Shown here: in pieces, positions 12,880 to 26,742 of the stretch
How the letters are laid out: every line of letters starts with the position of its first letter
Numbering within the stretch: the stretch's first letter is position 1
Assembly: GCA_951406725.2 (NCBI GenBank)
Contig: OX597819.1
Coordinates: forward strand, 5,146,001-5,210,000
Direction of reading: 5' to 3'
Origin: Octopus vulgaris
Taxonomy: Eukaryota
DNA length: 64,000 bases
Notes under the pieces: generated by a model
Database searches by the model: none
The model's input: the letters and a program-made list of their open reading frames with translations, nothing else
What the model was told of the DNA's origin: nothing
Position numbers and translations under genes: made by a program

Positions 12880-13250
12880 AAGGTTTCTTTAATTTTCTGT
12901 CTGCCAAATCCACTCACAAGGCTTTAGTCACCCCGAGGCTATAGAAGAAGACACTTGCCCAAGGTTCCACACAGTGAGTCTGAACCCAAAACCATATGGC
13001 TGAGAAGCAGAATTCTTACCACACAGCCAGTTGTTTGTAATTGTGATTGTTGAAATAGTTTAATAGTTTCATTTAATAGTTGTGAACATACACAAGCTCA
13101 TCACAACAAATGTATTCAAACAACACCAGCACACACAGTTAAAAATCATTCACTGTAGAGTAGAAGATTTAGCTTTCTCTTACAACCACACTCAATCCAT
13201 TCCTTTGTCCACTGTTGACTTCTCTCTCGGTTTCTGTCTGTCTGCCTGTT

Positions 13251-13292
<42 letters not shown>

Positions 13293-14949
13293 CTTTTCTT
13301 GCTTTCCACCTGCTTCATTGCTAGCTGCACCTCTACTTCAATCCTGCCATATCTTCCAACATTCCCCTCGACCAAAATATTCTACCTGTTTTATGTTTTT
13401 ATGACCAAATGTGACTTCTCACACCAACACTACAATAGCATTCTAAAAATTTAGTTACCTCATTAAAGTTGCATAGTTACATGATAATGCATGATTAATT
13501 AAAAATGATGTGAATGCCAAAGAGTTAAGCCTTCTTTGGACCTTCTCTCCATTTTGCACTCCACTGGAACTACACCTCCAGCAGAATTGCTATGGTACAC
13601 TGTCCTTTGCAGACAAAATTATAAAATAGAAAATAAACTATAATGATGCAGAATGTTGCCAAGTTACAAGAACAACAGTAACAATAACTTATCATTTGAA
13701 AAATGTATGCATAGTACAATGTTATATGTAATAAATAAAATAATGGACTAATTATCCTGTCTACTATTAAGTTTTTTACATCTGAACGACGTCACATGTT
13801 TATAAAGAAGGAATGTTTTTAATTAACTCTACTGTCTGTATATTACCAGTATTCATTTATAGACTGTTGAAGGATAAAAAGCTCAGTAAAGTCTCTACCA
13901 ATTCTACCATCTGCCATTCCTTTACTCTGACAAATATTGATTTATAACATTGGCATGAGGCCACAGATTTGGGGGAGAGTATAATCAATTAAATCAACCA
14001 AGTAGGTGCAGGTGTGGGTATGTGGTTAAGATGCTTGCTTCCTATCCATGTAGTTTTGGGTTCAGTCCCACTGCATGGCACCTTGGGTAAATGTCTTTTA
14101 CTTAGCCCCAGCTGACCAAAGGTTTGTGAAGCTTGTCATGTGCACACGTGTGTGCAAGTGTGTGCACATTGCAAGTGCATGTGTTTGTGTGTACCCTTGT
14201 CTTGATATCATGTGAAGGTTGGCAACAGAAAGGGCATCCAGTTGCAGAAAATCTGCCTCAGAAATTCATCTGAGCCATGCAAACATGGAAAAGTGGATGT
14301 TAAGATGATTATACTGGTGAAGTATTTGACCAGTACTTCTTTTATCAACTCTGGAAGTGTGGAAAGCAAAGTTGACTTCTGGGTATTTTGTTGCCAATCT
14401 ACACACTGTGTCAGTCCATCATCTTTTATTCTGTTATATAGTAGCATTTGTAAATGCACTTAAATGCATCCATTACTAATAGAAAGAAGTTTTATGTGGC
14501 CATTCTGGAGGAAGTGAGGCTGATTATGAACTGGCTTTTGTTAGAATAAGTAGAGAATGTGTAATGGAAATTATCAGAAAGAAAGTGGTTTGGGGATGGC
14601 GAATAAACTAAACTAAACTATAAGGTGGGGTGGGGTGGATGGGGGGGGGGGGAGAGAAAAATGCATTTGCTGTTGGTTTTCTCAGGCTATCTTGAATAGT
14701 TTCTGGAACATTTCAGATCTTAGATTAATTTATCTTTCGAAAGTACAATGTAAAACATTTGCACATGTGAGTAACATGTGTTTGTTTTATGTAAGATGTA
14801 ATGAGGGATCTTAATTAATTGTACTTCTGTATAAAATGTAGCAATCAACTGCATCTAATTTATTGCAACATTCGATAAGTTCCATTATAAAGAATGACAT
14901 ATCAGATGTAAAACTGACTTTTATTGCTAATGCTTGTGGAAGATATATA

Positions 14950-15180
14950 TATTTCTTTATTATCCACAAGGGGCTAAACACAGAGGGGACAAACAAGAAC
15001 AGACAAAGGGATTAAGTCGATTACATCGACCCCAGTGCGTAACTGGTACTTAGTTAATCGACCTCGAAAGGATGAAAGGCAAAGTCGACCTCGGCAGAAT
15101 TTGAACTAGGAACGTAACGACAGACAAAATACGGCTACGCATTTTGCCTGGCGTGCTAACCTTTCTGCCAGCTCGCCGCC
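14950..15180 (-). mobile_element. S2 SINE with TSD
   Basis: Flanked by a duplicated cttgtggaagatatata. Confidence 0.88.
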
Positions 15181-15389
15181 TTGTGGAAGATATATAGACA
15201 TACTAACCCCCTTAAGTCAATGGGTTTGATCATTTATCATTATGTGTGTGTGTCTGTGTGAGTTTAGATATGTGTGTATGTAAAGAAAATATTAATGATA
15301 AAATGAAATGAATTGGTTGCAGCATGGACTTCAGCTCCAACTGTATGATACTTGTTTTATAAATAATTATCTTTTGCAAAAGCACAAGG

Positions 15390-15690
15390 GCTTGCCGGTG
15401 ACAAGTAAAAAGCACCGTCCGAACGTGGCCTGACTGGTGTCTGTGTTGGTGACATGTAAAAAGCACCAACCGATCGTGGCCATTTGCCAGCCTCCTCTGG
15501 CCCCTGTGCTGGTGGCACGTAAAAAGCACCCACTACACTCACGGAGTGGTTGGTGTTAGGAAGGGCATCCAGCTGCAGAAACACTGCCAGGTCAGACTGG
15601 AGCATGGTGCAACCTCCTGGCTTCACAGACCCCAGTCGAACCGCCCAACCCATGTCAGCATAGAAAACTGACGTTAAACAATGATGATTA
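15390..15690 (+). mobile_element. S3 retroposon with three repeat motifs
   Basis: Motifs near 15392, 15444 and 15506, then core and (GAT)n tail. Confidence 0.85.
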
Positions 15691-17228
15691 ATAATCAGAT
15701 CATGATGTTCATGCCTTTTCCGAGATAGCAGTGGCAGAGGAGGTGGACTAAGTTACTTCATGGTAGTGTTTATTTATCGAATAATCTATATACGAAAAAT
15801 ACCTATCACCATAAATTGGAAGAAAAAATTAATTAATATAGCTTATTAAATTAAAACAAGAAAAGTTAAAAGGAATATTTGTAGTATAAGCAGAATGTAG
15901 AAGTTATGGATAATCCAAGTAATAGATAGAGGTTTAGTAATATTAAACACCGGAATACATGAAGAAATGTAATGGCATAAAAAGGTACAACCTGAAATTT
16001 ACATCTTTTAGAAGACTCAGACAATGTCATTTTTTTTTTTTTATTAATGAATTAAAATATTAACAACTAGTGGCCTGAAAGTGTGGAAATCAGTCTCTGA
16101 GACTTTGATAAACAACAAAACCAGTCAAATCAATTTGTTTTTCTATCCACAGAGAAAAACCTGTGGTCTAATTAAAGTGTCTACTTTTCATAAGCCAGAC
16201 TAAACATAAGGTTTTCTAAAAAGCATGCCTTAAGTTTTTTATTTTATGATGAATCCTCCATTGGTTTTACTGATGAGCAACTGGTTGTTCAGTCAACTGA
16301 TCATCTGACTTATTGAATTAGCATTAAAGAGGTTGAGTATTCCACAGATATGTATACCTATTTCTTTATTACCCACAAGGGGCTAAACACAGAGGGGACA
16401 AACAAGGACAGACATAGGTATTAAGTCGATTACATCAACCCCAGTGTGTAACTGGTACTTAATTCATCCGAAAGGATGAAAGGCAAAGTCGACCTCGGCG
16501 GAATTCGAACTCACAACGTAACGCAGACGAAATACCAATGTTTCTGCTACCTCGCCGCCTTATGTATACCTTCATATATATATATATATGATTACTTTCA
16601 TATATCCCTCCACAGATATGTAAATTAGCATGTCACAATATATGACAAGGCTGCTCCTTTGAATTACATGAACTGTCTAACTGACAAGCATCCATGTATT
16701 TTCTGACTACCTGATGTCACCAGCAGGATTTGGGGTTGACCTGAGGTTATTGTAAAGACACTTGCCCAAGATCAAACCCAGCATCTTAACTCTCCAGCCA
16801 TGAGTACATCCAATATTTTACATACACATACATGTGTTTATGTCTGTGTGGTAAGAAGTTTGCTTCCCAACCACAGGGTTCCAGGTTCAGACCCACTATG
16901 TGGCACCTTGGCAAGTGTCTTCCACTATAGTTTCAGGTTGACCAAAACCTTGTGAGTGGATTTGGTGAACAGAAATTGAAAGAAACCTATTATAAGTGTG
17001 TGTGTGTCTGTCTGTTCCCCACCACTGCTTGACAACCAGTGTTGGTGTGTTTGCATCGCTGTAACTTACCAGTTTGACAAAAGAGACTAATAAATTAAGT
17101 ACCAATCTTTAAAGAATGAAAAAAGAATAGTATTGGGGTTGATTCATTCAACTTAAATTCTTCCAGGTGGTGCCCCAGCATCACCACAGTCTAATGACTA
17201 AAACAAGTAAAAGATTAAAGATTATATA

Positions 17229-17537
17229 TCACTGATCACCGTGACTGACCAGGCTATCAGATGTTGTTATACATCGCTGGTCACAATGCACTTTGCATTG
17301 TTTTAGCCTTCTAATGATGCCACCCCGCTGGCTAAGCCAGCAGGCCAACAGAAGAAAGAGTGAGAGAAAGTTGTGGCGAAAGAGTACAGCAGGGATCGCC
17401 ACCACCCCCTGCCGGAGCCTTGTGGAGCTTTAGGTGTTTTCGCTCAATAAACACTCACAATGCCCAGTCTGGGAATCAAAACCGTGATCCTATGACCGCA
17501 AGTCCACTGCCCTAACCACTGGACCATTGCACCTCCA
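17229..17537 (-). mobile_element. tRNA-derived SINE (family S5)
   Basis: Minus strand reads ggaggtgcaatggtccagtggttagggc...ggttttgattccc (A/B-box-like). The 3' tail is shared with 49710-49790. Confidence 0.75.
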
Positions 17538-17542
17538 CAAAG

Positions 17543-17586
<44 letters not shown>

Positions 17587-17588
<2 letters not shown>

Positions 17589-17978
17589 CGCAGGAGTGGC
17601 TGTGTGGTAAGTAACTTGCTAACCAACCACATGGTTCCGGGTTCAGTCCCACTGCGTGGCATCTTGGGCAAGTGTCTTCTGCTATAGCCCCGGGCCGACC
17701 AATGCCTTGTGAGTGGATTTGGTTGACGGAAACTGAAAGAAGCCTGTCGTATATATGTATATATAAATATGTATGTGTGTGTTTGTCCCCCTAGCATTGC
17801 TTGACAACTGATGCTGGTGTGTGTTTACGTCCCCGTAACTTAGCGGTTCGGCAAAAGAGACTGATAGAATAAGTACTGGGCTTACAAAGAATAAGTCCTG
17901 GGGTCGATTTGCTCGACTAAAGGCAGTGCTCCAGCATGGCCACAGTCAAATGACTGAGACAAGTAAAAGAGTAAAAAG
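17587..17978 (+). mobile_element. Full-length S1 SINE
   Basis: Complete head to (gtaaaaga) tail, flanked by (TA)n. Confidence 0.9.
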
Positions 17979-18102
17979 CATATATATATATATATATATA
18001 TATATATCATCATCATCATCGTTTAGCGTCCGTTTTCCATGCTAGCATGGGTTGGACGGTTCTACTGGGGTCTGTGAAGCCAGAAGGCTTCATCAGGCCC
18101 AG

Positions 18103-18151
<49 letters not shown>

Positions 18152-18645
18152 CACACACACATACACACACACACATGCATACATATGCATTTTTGTACCC
18201 TTACAAACACACTGAAATAGAATGTATGTTTATTGAAAGAGAAGTGGCACCTATGTTCATTCCTTTTGATTCTTAATTTTATGTACATTCTGCTGTAGTC
18301 TTGACAGTCAGCAATAGAATTACCATTATATTTGAATATTCACTCCAACAACACAACACTTACACACCAACCTTAGCTCTGTAGGACACATTTGATGATA
18401 TTTCTCGCTACAGATTTGTACAGCATTCTCGTACAGATTTTTGCAAAGTAAAATAACGACTAGCTTAAATATCTGGCTGAAAAATCCATATTTTGTTCAC
18501 TTAAAGCTGTGAGCTGATAATTCTAGGAACTGTCTCAGTGACATAGTTTTGATTCTCTGCTGAGAGCCACTTCATGATATATATTACGTCATAGGAAAAG
18601 TTATGAATGGTGAAATTTTTGAGTTTCTTAAAATAGATTTGTATA

Positions 18646-19043
18646 AGTGCAGGAGTGGCTGTGTGGTAAGTAGCTTGCTAACCAACCACATGGTTCCGGG
18701 TTCAGTCCCACTGCGTGGCATCTTGGGCAAGTGTCTTCTACTATAGCCTCGGGCCGACCAAAGCCTTGTGAGTGGATTTGGTAGACAGAAACTGAAAGAA
18801 GCCCGTTGTATATATATGTATATATATATATGTGTGTGTGTTTGTGTGTCTGTGTTTGTCCCCCCAACATCGCTTGACAACCGATGCTAGTGTGTTTACG
18901 TCCCCGTAACTTAGCGGTTCAGCAAAAGAGACCGATAGAATAAGTACTAGGCTTACAAAGATTAAGTCCTGGGGTCGATTTGCTCAACTAAAGGCGGTGC
19001 TCTAGCATGGCCACAGTCAAATGACTGAAACAAGTAAAAGAGA
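18646..19043 (+). mobile_element. Full-length S1 SINE
   Basis: Colinear with the other S1 copies. Confidence 0.9.
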
Positions 19044-19635
19044 GGGTATATTTTATGTAAATGATAATAATAATAGTTTTGAGGAAATTGCTTTGTAGAT
19101 AGTCAAACTAGAAGCTTTGTCGTCAGTGAACCAGTGCTTCATTTTTGAGGTTCTAAAGTTACTACAATTGACTTATAAAATAAAGTATTTGGAACACACA
19201 CACCAATTTGGCTGGATATATTTGTCCCAAAGTGCCAAACAGGATGTTGACAGTGTGTGTGTACACTAAGATTACAAATGTATTGACTGGGTTTACAGAT
19301 TTTCTACCTATTGATTAATCACTCATAAAGCCAGGTGTCCAAAGCTTTACATAAGGGACTTTGTAATCTCTGTTATTACCTATTTATATGCACAAACATG
19401 ATACTGAGAAATAATAATGATAATAATCCTTACTACCAAAGGCACAAGGCCTGAAATTTTTGGGGAGGGGACTAGTTGATTACATTTACCCCAGTGTTTC
19501 ACTGGTACTTTATCGACCCTGAAAGGATAAAAGGCAAAGTCGATCTCAGTGTAATTTGAACTCAGAATTTAGCGACAGGTGAAGTGCCATGAAGCATCTT
19601 GCCCAGTGTGCTAACGATTCTGCCAGTTTGCCACC

Positions 19636-19671
<36 letters not shown>

Positions 19672-19691
19672 GTAAATAAATAAATAAATAA

Positions 19692-20095
19692 GGCGCAGGA
19701 GTGGCTGTGTGGTAAGTAGCTTGCCTACCAACCACATGGTTCTGGGTTCAGTCCCACTGCGTGGCATCTTGGGCAAGTGTCTTCTGCTATAGCCTCGGGC
19801 CGACCAATGCCTTGTGAGTGGATTTGGTAGACGGAAACTGAAAGAAGCCTGTCGTATATATGTATATATATGTTTATATATGTGTGCGTGTATGTTTGTG
19901 TTTGTCCCTCTAGCATTGCTTGACAACCGATGCTGGTGTGTTTACGTCCCCGTCACTTAGCAGTTCGGCAAAAGAGATTGATAGAATAAGTACTGGGCTT
20001 ACAAAGAATAAGTCCCGGGGTCGATTTGCTCGACTAAAGGCGGTGCTCCAGCATGGCCGCAGTCAAATGACTGAAACAAGTAAAAGAGTAAAAGC
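19692..20095 (+). mobile_element. Full-length S1 SINE
   Basis: Colinear with the other S1 copies. Confidence 0.9.
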
Positions 20096-20791
20096 GTAAA
20101 TAAAAGATCACGATATTATTGATAATAGAAATTGGTTCTATTAAAGACAAATGATTGAGTAGAGATGAAACCAGATTGAATGCTGAGATTCTGTGTGTAT
20201 GTGTCAGTACTTCACATCATCCACTGAGCATCACATAAGTATCTTCATGGAGACTTGCGTGAAAGCATTCTATGGATTTTAATGACATAATTACTTACAC
20301 GTGCATATACACTTTACCACAAGTGTGTTTGAGTACCTCAATGTAAACAGCGATCATCCACTCTCTCACTTCTACCCCTCTCTTTCTCTCTCTTGCACAT
20401 ACACATTCACAGACACCTATACAATTGTGTGTGAGTGTGTGCATATGCAAAACCACTCATCCCGTACAGCAAGACTAAATAATTTTTTGATAAACATTAG
20501 GAATCTGACAGCATATGAAATAGTTTATTCATAAACATGCTGTATTGCTGTGTGTGTGTGTGTGTGTTTGTGTGTGTTTGTGTGTGTGTGTGTGTTCTAA
20601 GATATCAAAAAAAAAATGAAAAAGAAAAGATAAAAGCAAAATGAAAAAAAAGATCACTTTTAAAAGATAAGAGTGTTAAAATTTGTTTCAAAATTAGTTA
20701 TTTTCAATGAAAGAGATAATACTGATATGGTTTATATGGGAAGAAGACTGGATCATAAAGCCAGTGTTGCATGTAGGAACTTAGAATGTAT

Positions 20792-21200
20792 TCTCTTTAC
20801 TCTTTTACTTGGTTCAGTCATTTGACTGCGGCCATGCTGGAGCACCACCTTTAGTCGAGCAAATCGACCCCGGGACTTATTCTTTGTAAGCCCAGTACTT
20901 ATTTTATCGGTATCTTTTGCCGAACTGCTAAGTGACGGGGACGTAAACACACCAGCATCGGTTGTCAAGCAATGCTAGGGGGACAAACACAAACACACAA
21001 ACATACACACACACACTTATATATACATACATATATACGACAGGCTTCTTTCAGTTTCCGTCTACCAAATCCACTCACAAGGCATTGGTCGGCCTGGGGC
21101 TATAGCAGAAGACACTTGCCCAAGATGCCACGCAGTTGGACTGGACCCAGAACCATGTGGTTGGTTAGCAAGCTACTTACCACACAGCCACTCCTGCGCC
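20792..21200 (-). mobile_element. Full-length S1 SINE, inverted relative to 19692-20095
   Basis: Reverse complement of the S1 consensus seen elsewhere in the window. Confidence 0.9.
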
Positions 21201-22704
21201 TACGTAATCATAGAAACCATGCTGGATAGTTGTTAAAGATATGTCTTGCTGTTTTGTTAATATTGTATTTCTTTTAACCCAATTTTCAAACTGTTCTTTT
21301 AGTTTAAGAGGAACCTAGAAATGGCTGTGGATCCTTTGTTTCCTCCTGAATCCAAGTTATAAAAATATGGCTGGAATATATGTATTTGTGGATATCAAGT
21401 CCGGTGGTTTTTGCTGTGCTTGAAAAGACATATCAAGCTAAGTGAAATCATAGTCATGGCCAGTGCCAGTGACGTATAAAAGGCACCCACTACACTCCTG
21501 CAAACTTCATCCACATTAAATTAACAGTACTGCATACAACTGTCCTCATTCATATACATCACATACATACTAGCATGGCCTTCTTTCTTGCACACATCCA
21601 CACACACAAAATTACCTATATTTACTTACCTTGTGTACACACACATACATAAATTCTTTAATCGAAAACAAAACTTACTAAATATTTAAAATTCCAAAGC
21701 AGTCCAATGAAGATTTGAAGGTCAAATTTCAAAATTAGTATTCTTAAACAAATAAAAATAATGAAGAAATGTGAAAAATATTTCAAATATTTTCAGAAGC
21801 ATTTCTCATAAATTCTCTGTTGCATGTATGTATATACACACATGTATGTATATACACACATGTACATATGTATATTCTATATAATAGAACTACATGATGT
21901 TAGGTGAACTTATACTGAGTGTTTATCTTAAACGTACATTTTTTATGGTAGGAGACAGATACGTATGGTGACAGGGAAGGAGAAATAATTTGGTGGTTTA
22001 GGGAGCTGATCAACGTAAAATGTAGGTAGATGGTACAGTATAAGAGTGAAGGATGGATATCAAAGGAAATGATTTCAGGTAGTGAGAAAGAAAAAGTGAT
22101 AGTAGGGAAAAGTTAGTGAAGTATGCAGTTCTGCTCACATTTAATTATAGTAGCAATTCTGTCTTTATTTTCATTATATCTAATGTATTATAGAGTTTAA
22201 CTTACAGTGCAAGGTATTCATAGCATAATACCCACTAAATCTATAATGGAAATTAGGCTCAGCACAGTAGTCATTTACTGAATTATATTCTGAATTCCAA
22301 ACATTCAGTTTGTATTTTTATAACAAATTTGAGATAATGTATGCTTCATATTTCTTTATTGCCCACAAGGGGCTAAACACAGAGGGGACAAACAAGGACA
22401 GACAAAACGATTAAGTCGATTACATTAACCTCAGTGTGTAACTGGTACTTAATTTATCAACACCGAAAGGATGAAAGGCAAAGTCAACCGTGGTGGAATT
22501 CGAACTCAGAACGTAACAGCAGACGAAATACCTCCAAGCATTTCGTCCAGCGTGCTAACGATTCTGCCTTCATATCTAATAATTAATGTATGCTTCATAT
22601 CTAATAATTAATATTTACAGTGTTGTTCTAAGCAGGTACATCACAGATGTTTGTTCTCACATTCTGTTTGCAAATAGATCTATTTTTGTAGGTATCTTAT
22701 TAAA

Positions 22705-23088
22705 TCTCTCTATATATAAACGGCAGTTTGTCTGTGTGTGTTTCTGTGTGTCTGTTTGCTTGTACCCTCACCCTGACCACGGCTTTCAACCGATTCTGAT
22801 GAAACTTGACACACACATAGCCCAATGTCATAATTCAAAACTAACGCACCGAAAATTTTGAAAAGTTCCCCCAGTTCTGAAAAAAATCGATAAATTCGAC
22901 ATGGGGTCGAGAATCCGAAACACAAACCACAAACTGTCTAGAGGACGCAACTCCACCTTTTTTAACTCTCAAAAAAATTTACCATAATTTTTTTTCCATT
23001 TTTTTGCTATTTTTTTGCTATAACTCTCTAAAAATGCTTTATAGTTATTTCCCTTACAAACCTGAGCAACGCCGGGTGATACTGCTAG
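22705..23088 (+). mobile_element. Non-autonomous Helitron
   Basis: 5' TC, 3' CTAG, subterminal hairpin cctgagcaacgccggg, inserted between A and T, no TSD. The 3' end is shared with 38926-39324. Confidence 0.85.
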
Positions 23089-23344
23089 TAATGAATATAT
23101 TTCATGGATTCATGTTGTACTTTTGATTTGCTTTATTCAAAGTTATATTTTTTAAAATTTTCTTCTTTGATAATATTACTTTAAGACAGCATCCATCAGT
23201 TTAACCTGCAAGGAAAATAATGTGAGAATCTAATTTCATACACATTTCATCTTTAATCTCGCTTTAACTCATTGATAGTATCACTTTACTAGTTGAATAG
23301 CTGTTATGTAATATGTACTATTTGTTCCAAGCAAATATAATATT

Positions 23345-23735
23345 CCACCCATCCATTCATTCATCTTCTATGCTTACTATTCCTGGCAGGGTCATGGTTG
23401 GATGGAGGAGGTGTAGAATTCAGGCACCTCCTCTACAGGGTCCTATCAGAAGCAATTGTCATTAAGACTTTCTAGTTTGATTCCCAAGCATGACCCCCCC
23501 CCCCCCTGAGACTGTGGATATCATCCAACCATCTCATTCTTGGTCTACCCCTAAGTCTTCTGCTGGTTGGTTCAGCTTGAAGAATCTGGCTTGTGATTCT
23601 TTCCTGTGACATTCGAATCACATGTTCACAGTACCAGAGATGTGACTTTCAATGCAGAAGAATTTGGAGTGACTCCAAGATCTCTGAACCACACACCCTG
23701 TTGAGTAATGTTACTCTAGAGATCCTTAGGAGGAA
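23345..23735 (-). mobile_element. Degenerate RTE-like LINE 3' end
   Basis: Minus strand reads LRISRVTLLNRV...HLWYCEHVIRMSQERITSQILQAEPTSRRLRGRPRMRWLDDI. Confidence 0.75.
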
Positions 23736-24424
23736 CCCCAGGTCAGCTCTGATCAAGCAAACCTATGATCCACATTCCAGTCATGACATCTCCTTTTTTT
23801 AGGTATAGTATATCAAGGACTTCGTTACCAAATATTCTATTTTTTACCTTTGTAAGATTATGTGTTGAATGAGATTTGGCTGCTATTTATAGCTGAAGGA
23901 CTGCTGACACATTTTCTCATTGATTCGTAATATTCTGGTTTATTTCCTTTGTGAACATTTTACACTGTATTTTCACACATTATTACTTCCTGGTGTTTCA
24001 GTTAGGACAATTTCTGTGACAGTTAAAAAACACAAGGTTATTGTTATTTTTAATTAGTTGGCACAGAGCATTAAACAGGACTCATCTCTTTTTAGTTGAC
24101 CAAATTACTCCTTGATCTTCGTAGGGCATTAACTCGGAGTTCAACATAAGCTTATAATTGCATACCTTATCACTTAACAGGACCAGCTGTTTACACTCCT
24201 AATGACATATCAAGTTCCTGAAATTCTGAATTTTGCTGTTTCACAATTAAACTTTTCTCATTTCCAAATATGAACTCTATTTTAAGTTTTCAGTATCTGT
24301 GGCCACCAATCTACTTAACAGAGTCAATTCTAGGTTATCAAACTACAAGCAAGGTCTTTGTTAATAGATTCAGAAAATAGAATTATTATTATTGTTATTT
24401 TAAATTAAAACATTTTCTGCTGAT

Positions 24425-24680
24425 ATTGTTATATTTGGGGAGGGTCATACTTTTGCCAATTAGACACATGCATTTAGTCTTCACTTCAGCTTTATTATTG
24501 TTATTATTTCAATGTCTTTCATCTAAGCACTTTCATCACACGTCCTGTGACCTCTTCAGTGACTCTTTATCCCATGTGTCTCCTCTTGTTCTGTTTAGTC
24601 TGGCAAAATATGACCATACCCAAATATAACATCTGTTTTAACACATGATCTCACTTCTGGTATCTTGCAAAACAAATACA
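24425..24680 (-). mobile_element. Penelope-like remnant with a hammerhead-like motif and short inversion
   Basis: Homologous to 54371-54796. Minus strand gtca-CTGAAGA-ggtcacaggacgtgtgat-GAAAgtgctta at about 24520-24563; inverted ends at about 24425-24460 and 24597-24631. Confidence 0.65.
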
Positions 24681-24739
24681 TAGAAGTGAATTTTCCACCG
24701 AGTCTGACATAGAAAGAACTACCATTATCATTCTATTAA

Positions 24740-25075
24740 CCCTTTCGCATTCTATCAAATGTAATGCTTACTCATTAGTTCATATTATTTTGAATTAATC
24801 AACCATTATCTTGTTGCTTTGAGATTTTGATGATGTGATTATTCATTTTTAGAATGACATTGGCATTAGAAAGGGCATCTGGCCATAGAAACCATGCCAG
24901 AACAGATATGAAGACTGATCAGCTTCTGTCAAACTGTCCAATCTATGGAAAATGGATGTTAAATGATGATGATGATGACATTATAGGATAGCTGGGAGAG
25001 GCCAGATCCGGCCAGTTTGAACATAAAACATGTAGAATATTTTGGTTGGATATGGCTTGTGTGAATGCTAAAGAG
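24740..25075. mobile_element. piggyBac-like MITE (family 2) interrupted by an S3 tail fragment
   Basis: TTAA-CCCTTTCGCATTC...GAATGCTAAAGAG-TTAA; homologous to 48203-48896. Confidence 0.7.
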
Positions 25076-25711
25076 TTAAATAGAAAATGATTGAGTTGGT
25101 TCCTTCTTCGTTAGCGTCCATTTAAATTTTACTCCTTGTAGAATTATTGATATGCATGTTCTTTTATCTTTTAGTTGTTTCTGTCATTGGACTGTGACCA
25201 TACTGGAGCACCACTTCAAAGGGTTTTAGTCAAAGAAATTGATCCGAGTCCTTATTTTTAAAAATCTGGTACTTATTCTGTTGGTTTCTTTTGTTGAACT
25301 GCTAAGTTACAGGGATGTAAACAAACCAGTTGTTAAGTTGTCAACAAACATGCACACCAACAGGCTTCTTTCAGTTTCTGTCAATCAAACTTACTCACAA
25401 GGCTTTGGTTGTCCTGGAGCTATTGTAGAAGACACTTGCCAAAGGTGCCATGCAGTGGAACTGAACCCATGAAACCACGTGGCCAGGGAAGCCAACTTTC
25501 AACAAATGACTGTCCAAACTGACTTTGTAATTTAAACTCAGAGCCATGAAACAACAAATCAAAGGTAGCATAAGATACCTCATGTTCTCCCTTCTGCACT
25601 CATTTCTCAGTGAATGCATATATTAGAATAAGAATAAACTTTCAACACACATGAGAAAGTGGCTGCTGCAGTGATGGGTTGAAAAGAAAACAAAATCAAT
25701 AGTATTTTTAA

Positions 25712-25932
25712 CCCTTTCATTACTGTATTTATTTTGGGATGCTCTGTGTTTCTTTCAGTTACTTTAAATATAACAAAGAATTTAGTAAAATAACTTGGTT
25801 ATCATTCAGCTAGTGTTAGGAACATAAATTGTGACTAAGGTTTAGTGGAAGATTTTAATTCAGAACTTATGAAAACAATACATTTGTACTACAGAGCCAG
25901 AGCTGGTTTCAGCCGGTTTGGTAACAAAAGGG
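25712..25932. mobile_element. piggyBac-like MITE (family 1)
   Basis: TTAA TSD, CCCTTT...AAAGGG termini, about 220 bp; further copies at 41710-41929 and 43583-43802. Confidence 0.85.
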
Positions 25933-26363
25933 TTAAACTGTAATGAACAGTAATGATACCAGAAAAATACAGCTTCTCTCTCCATCTCTCTCCATCTCTC
26001 CATCTCTTTGAGATGGATCTCTCTACCTGCTAGTATATTTTACCAGTAAAGTATCTGCATTTTCTTTTAATTAGCACTTTATTGCCGCTAAATTTAACGG
26101 GTCTCTCATGCCTTGTCTAATTCACATCACAACTGTCTAAAAAATATATAACAAACTTCAGTTGTTTGTACTGCTACAAAGTAATTTCTTTGTAGGTTTG
26201 TAGCTGTACTATTTGCTGTTTGCTTGCTTCTAAAGTCTGAACTAAAAACTCTTTAAGAGCTACAAAAGCATTGATTAATAATTTAAAATTTCTAAAATAA
26301 AATATAAATTTTAAAAAAAGTAACCCAGCCTACATTTGATACAATTTTTGCTCAAATGATTCT

Positions 26364-26557
26364 TTCTCTTTACTCTTTTACTTGTTTCAGTCATTTGACT
26401 GCGGCCATGCTGGAGCACCGCCTTTAGTCGATCAAATCGACCCCGAGACTATTCTTTGTAAGCCCAGTACTTATTCTATCGGTCTCTTTTGCCGAACCGC
26501 TAAGTTACGGGGACGTAAACACACCAGCATTGGTTGTGAAGCAATGCTAAGGGGACA

Positions 26558-26599
<42 letters not shown>

Positions 26600-26742
26600 C
26601 AACAGGCTTCTTACAACAGGCTTCTTTCAGTTTCTGTCTACCAAATCCACTCACAAGGCTTTGGTTGGCCCGAGGCTATAGTAGAAGACACTTGCCCAAG
26701 GTGCCACGCAGTGGGACTGAACCCAGAACCATGTGATTGGTG
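26364..26742 (-). mobile_element. S1 SINE, slightly 5'-truncated
   Basis: Colinear with S1. Confidence 0.85.

Noticed and set aside
14624-14653. G-quadruplex-like G-run
   Set aside because: Simple homopolymer-rich tract with no contextual support for function.
17480-17660. tRNA genes at SINE heads
   Set aside because: A/B boxes are present but there is no complete cloverleaf; they continue directly into SINE bodies.
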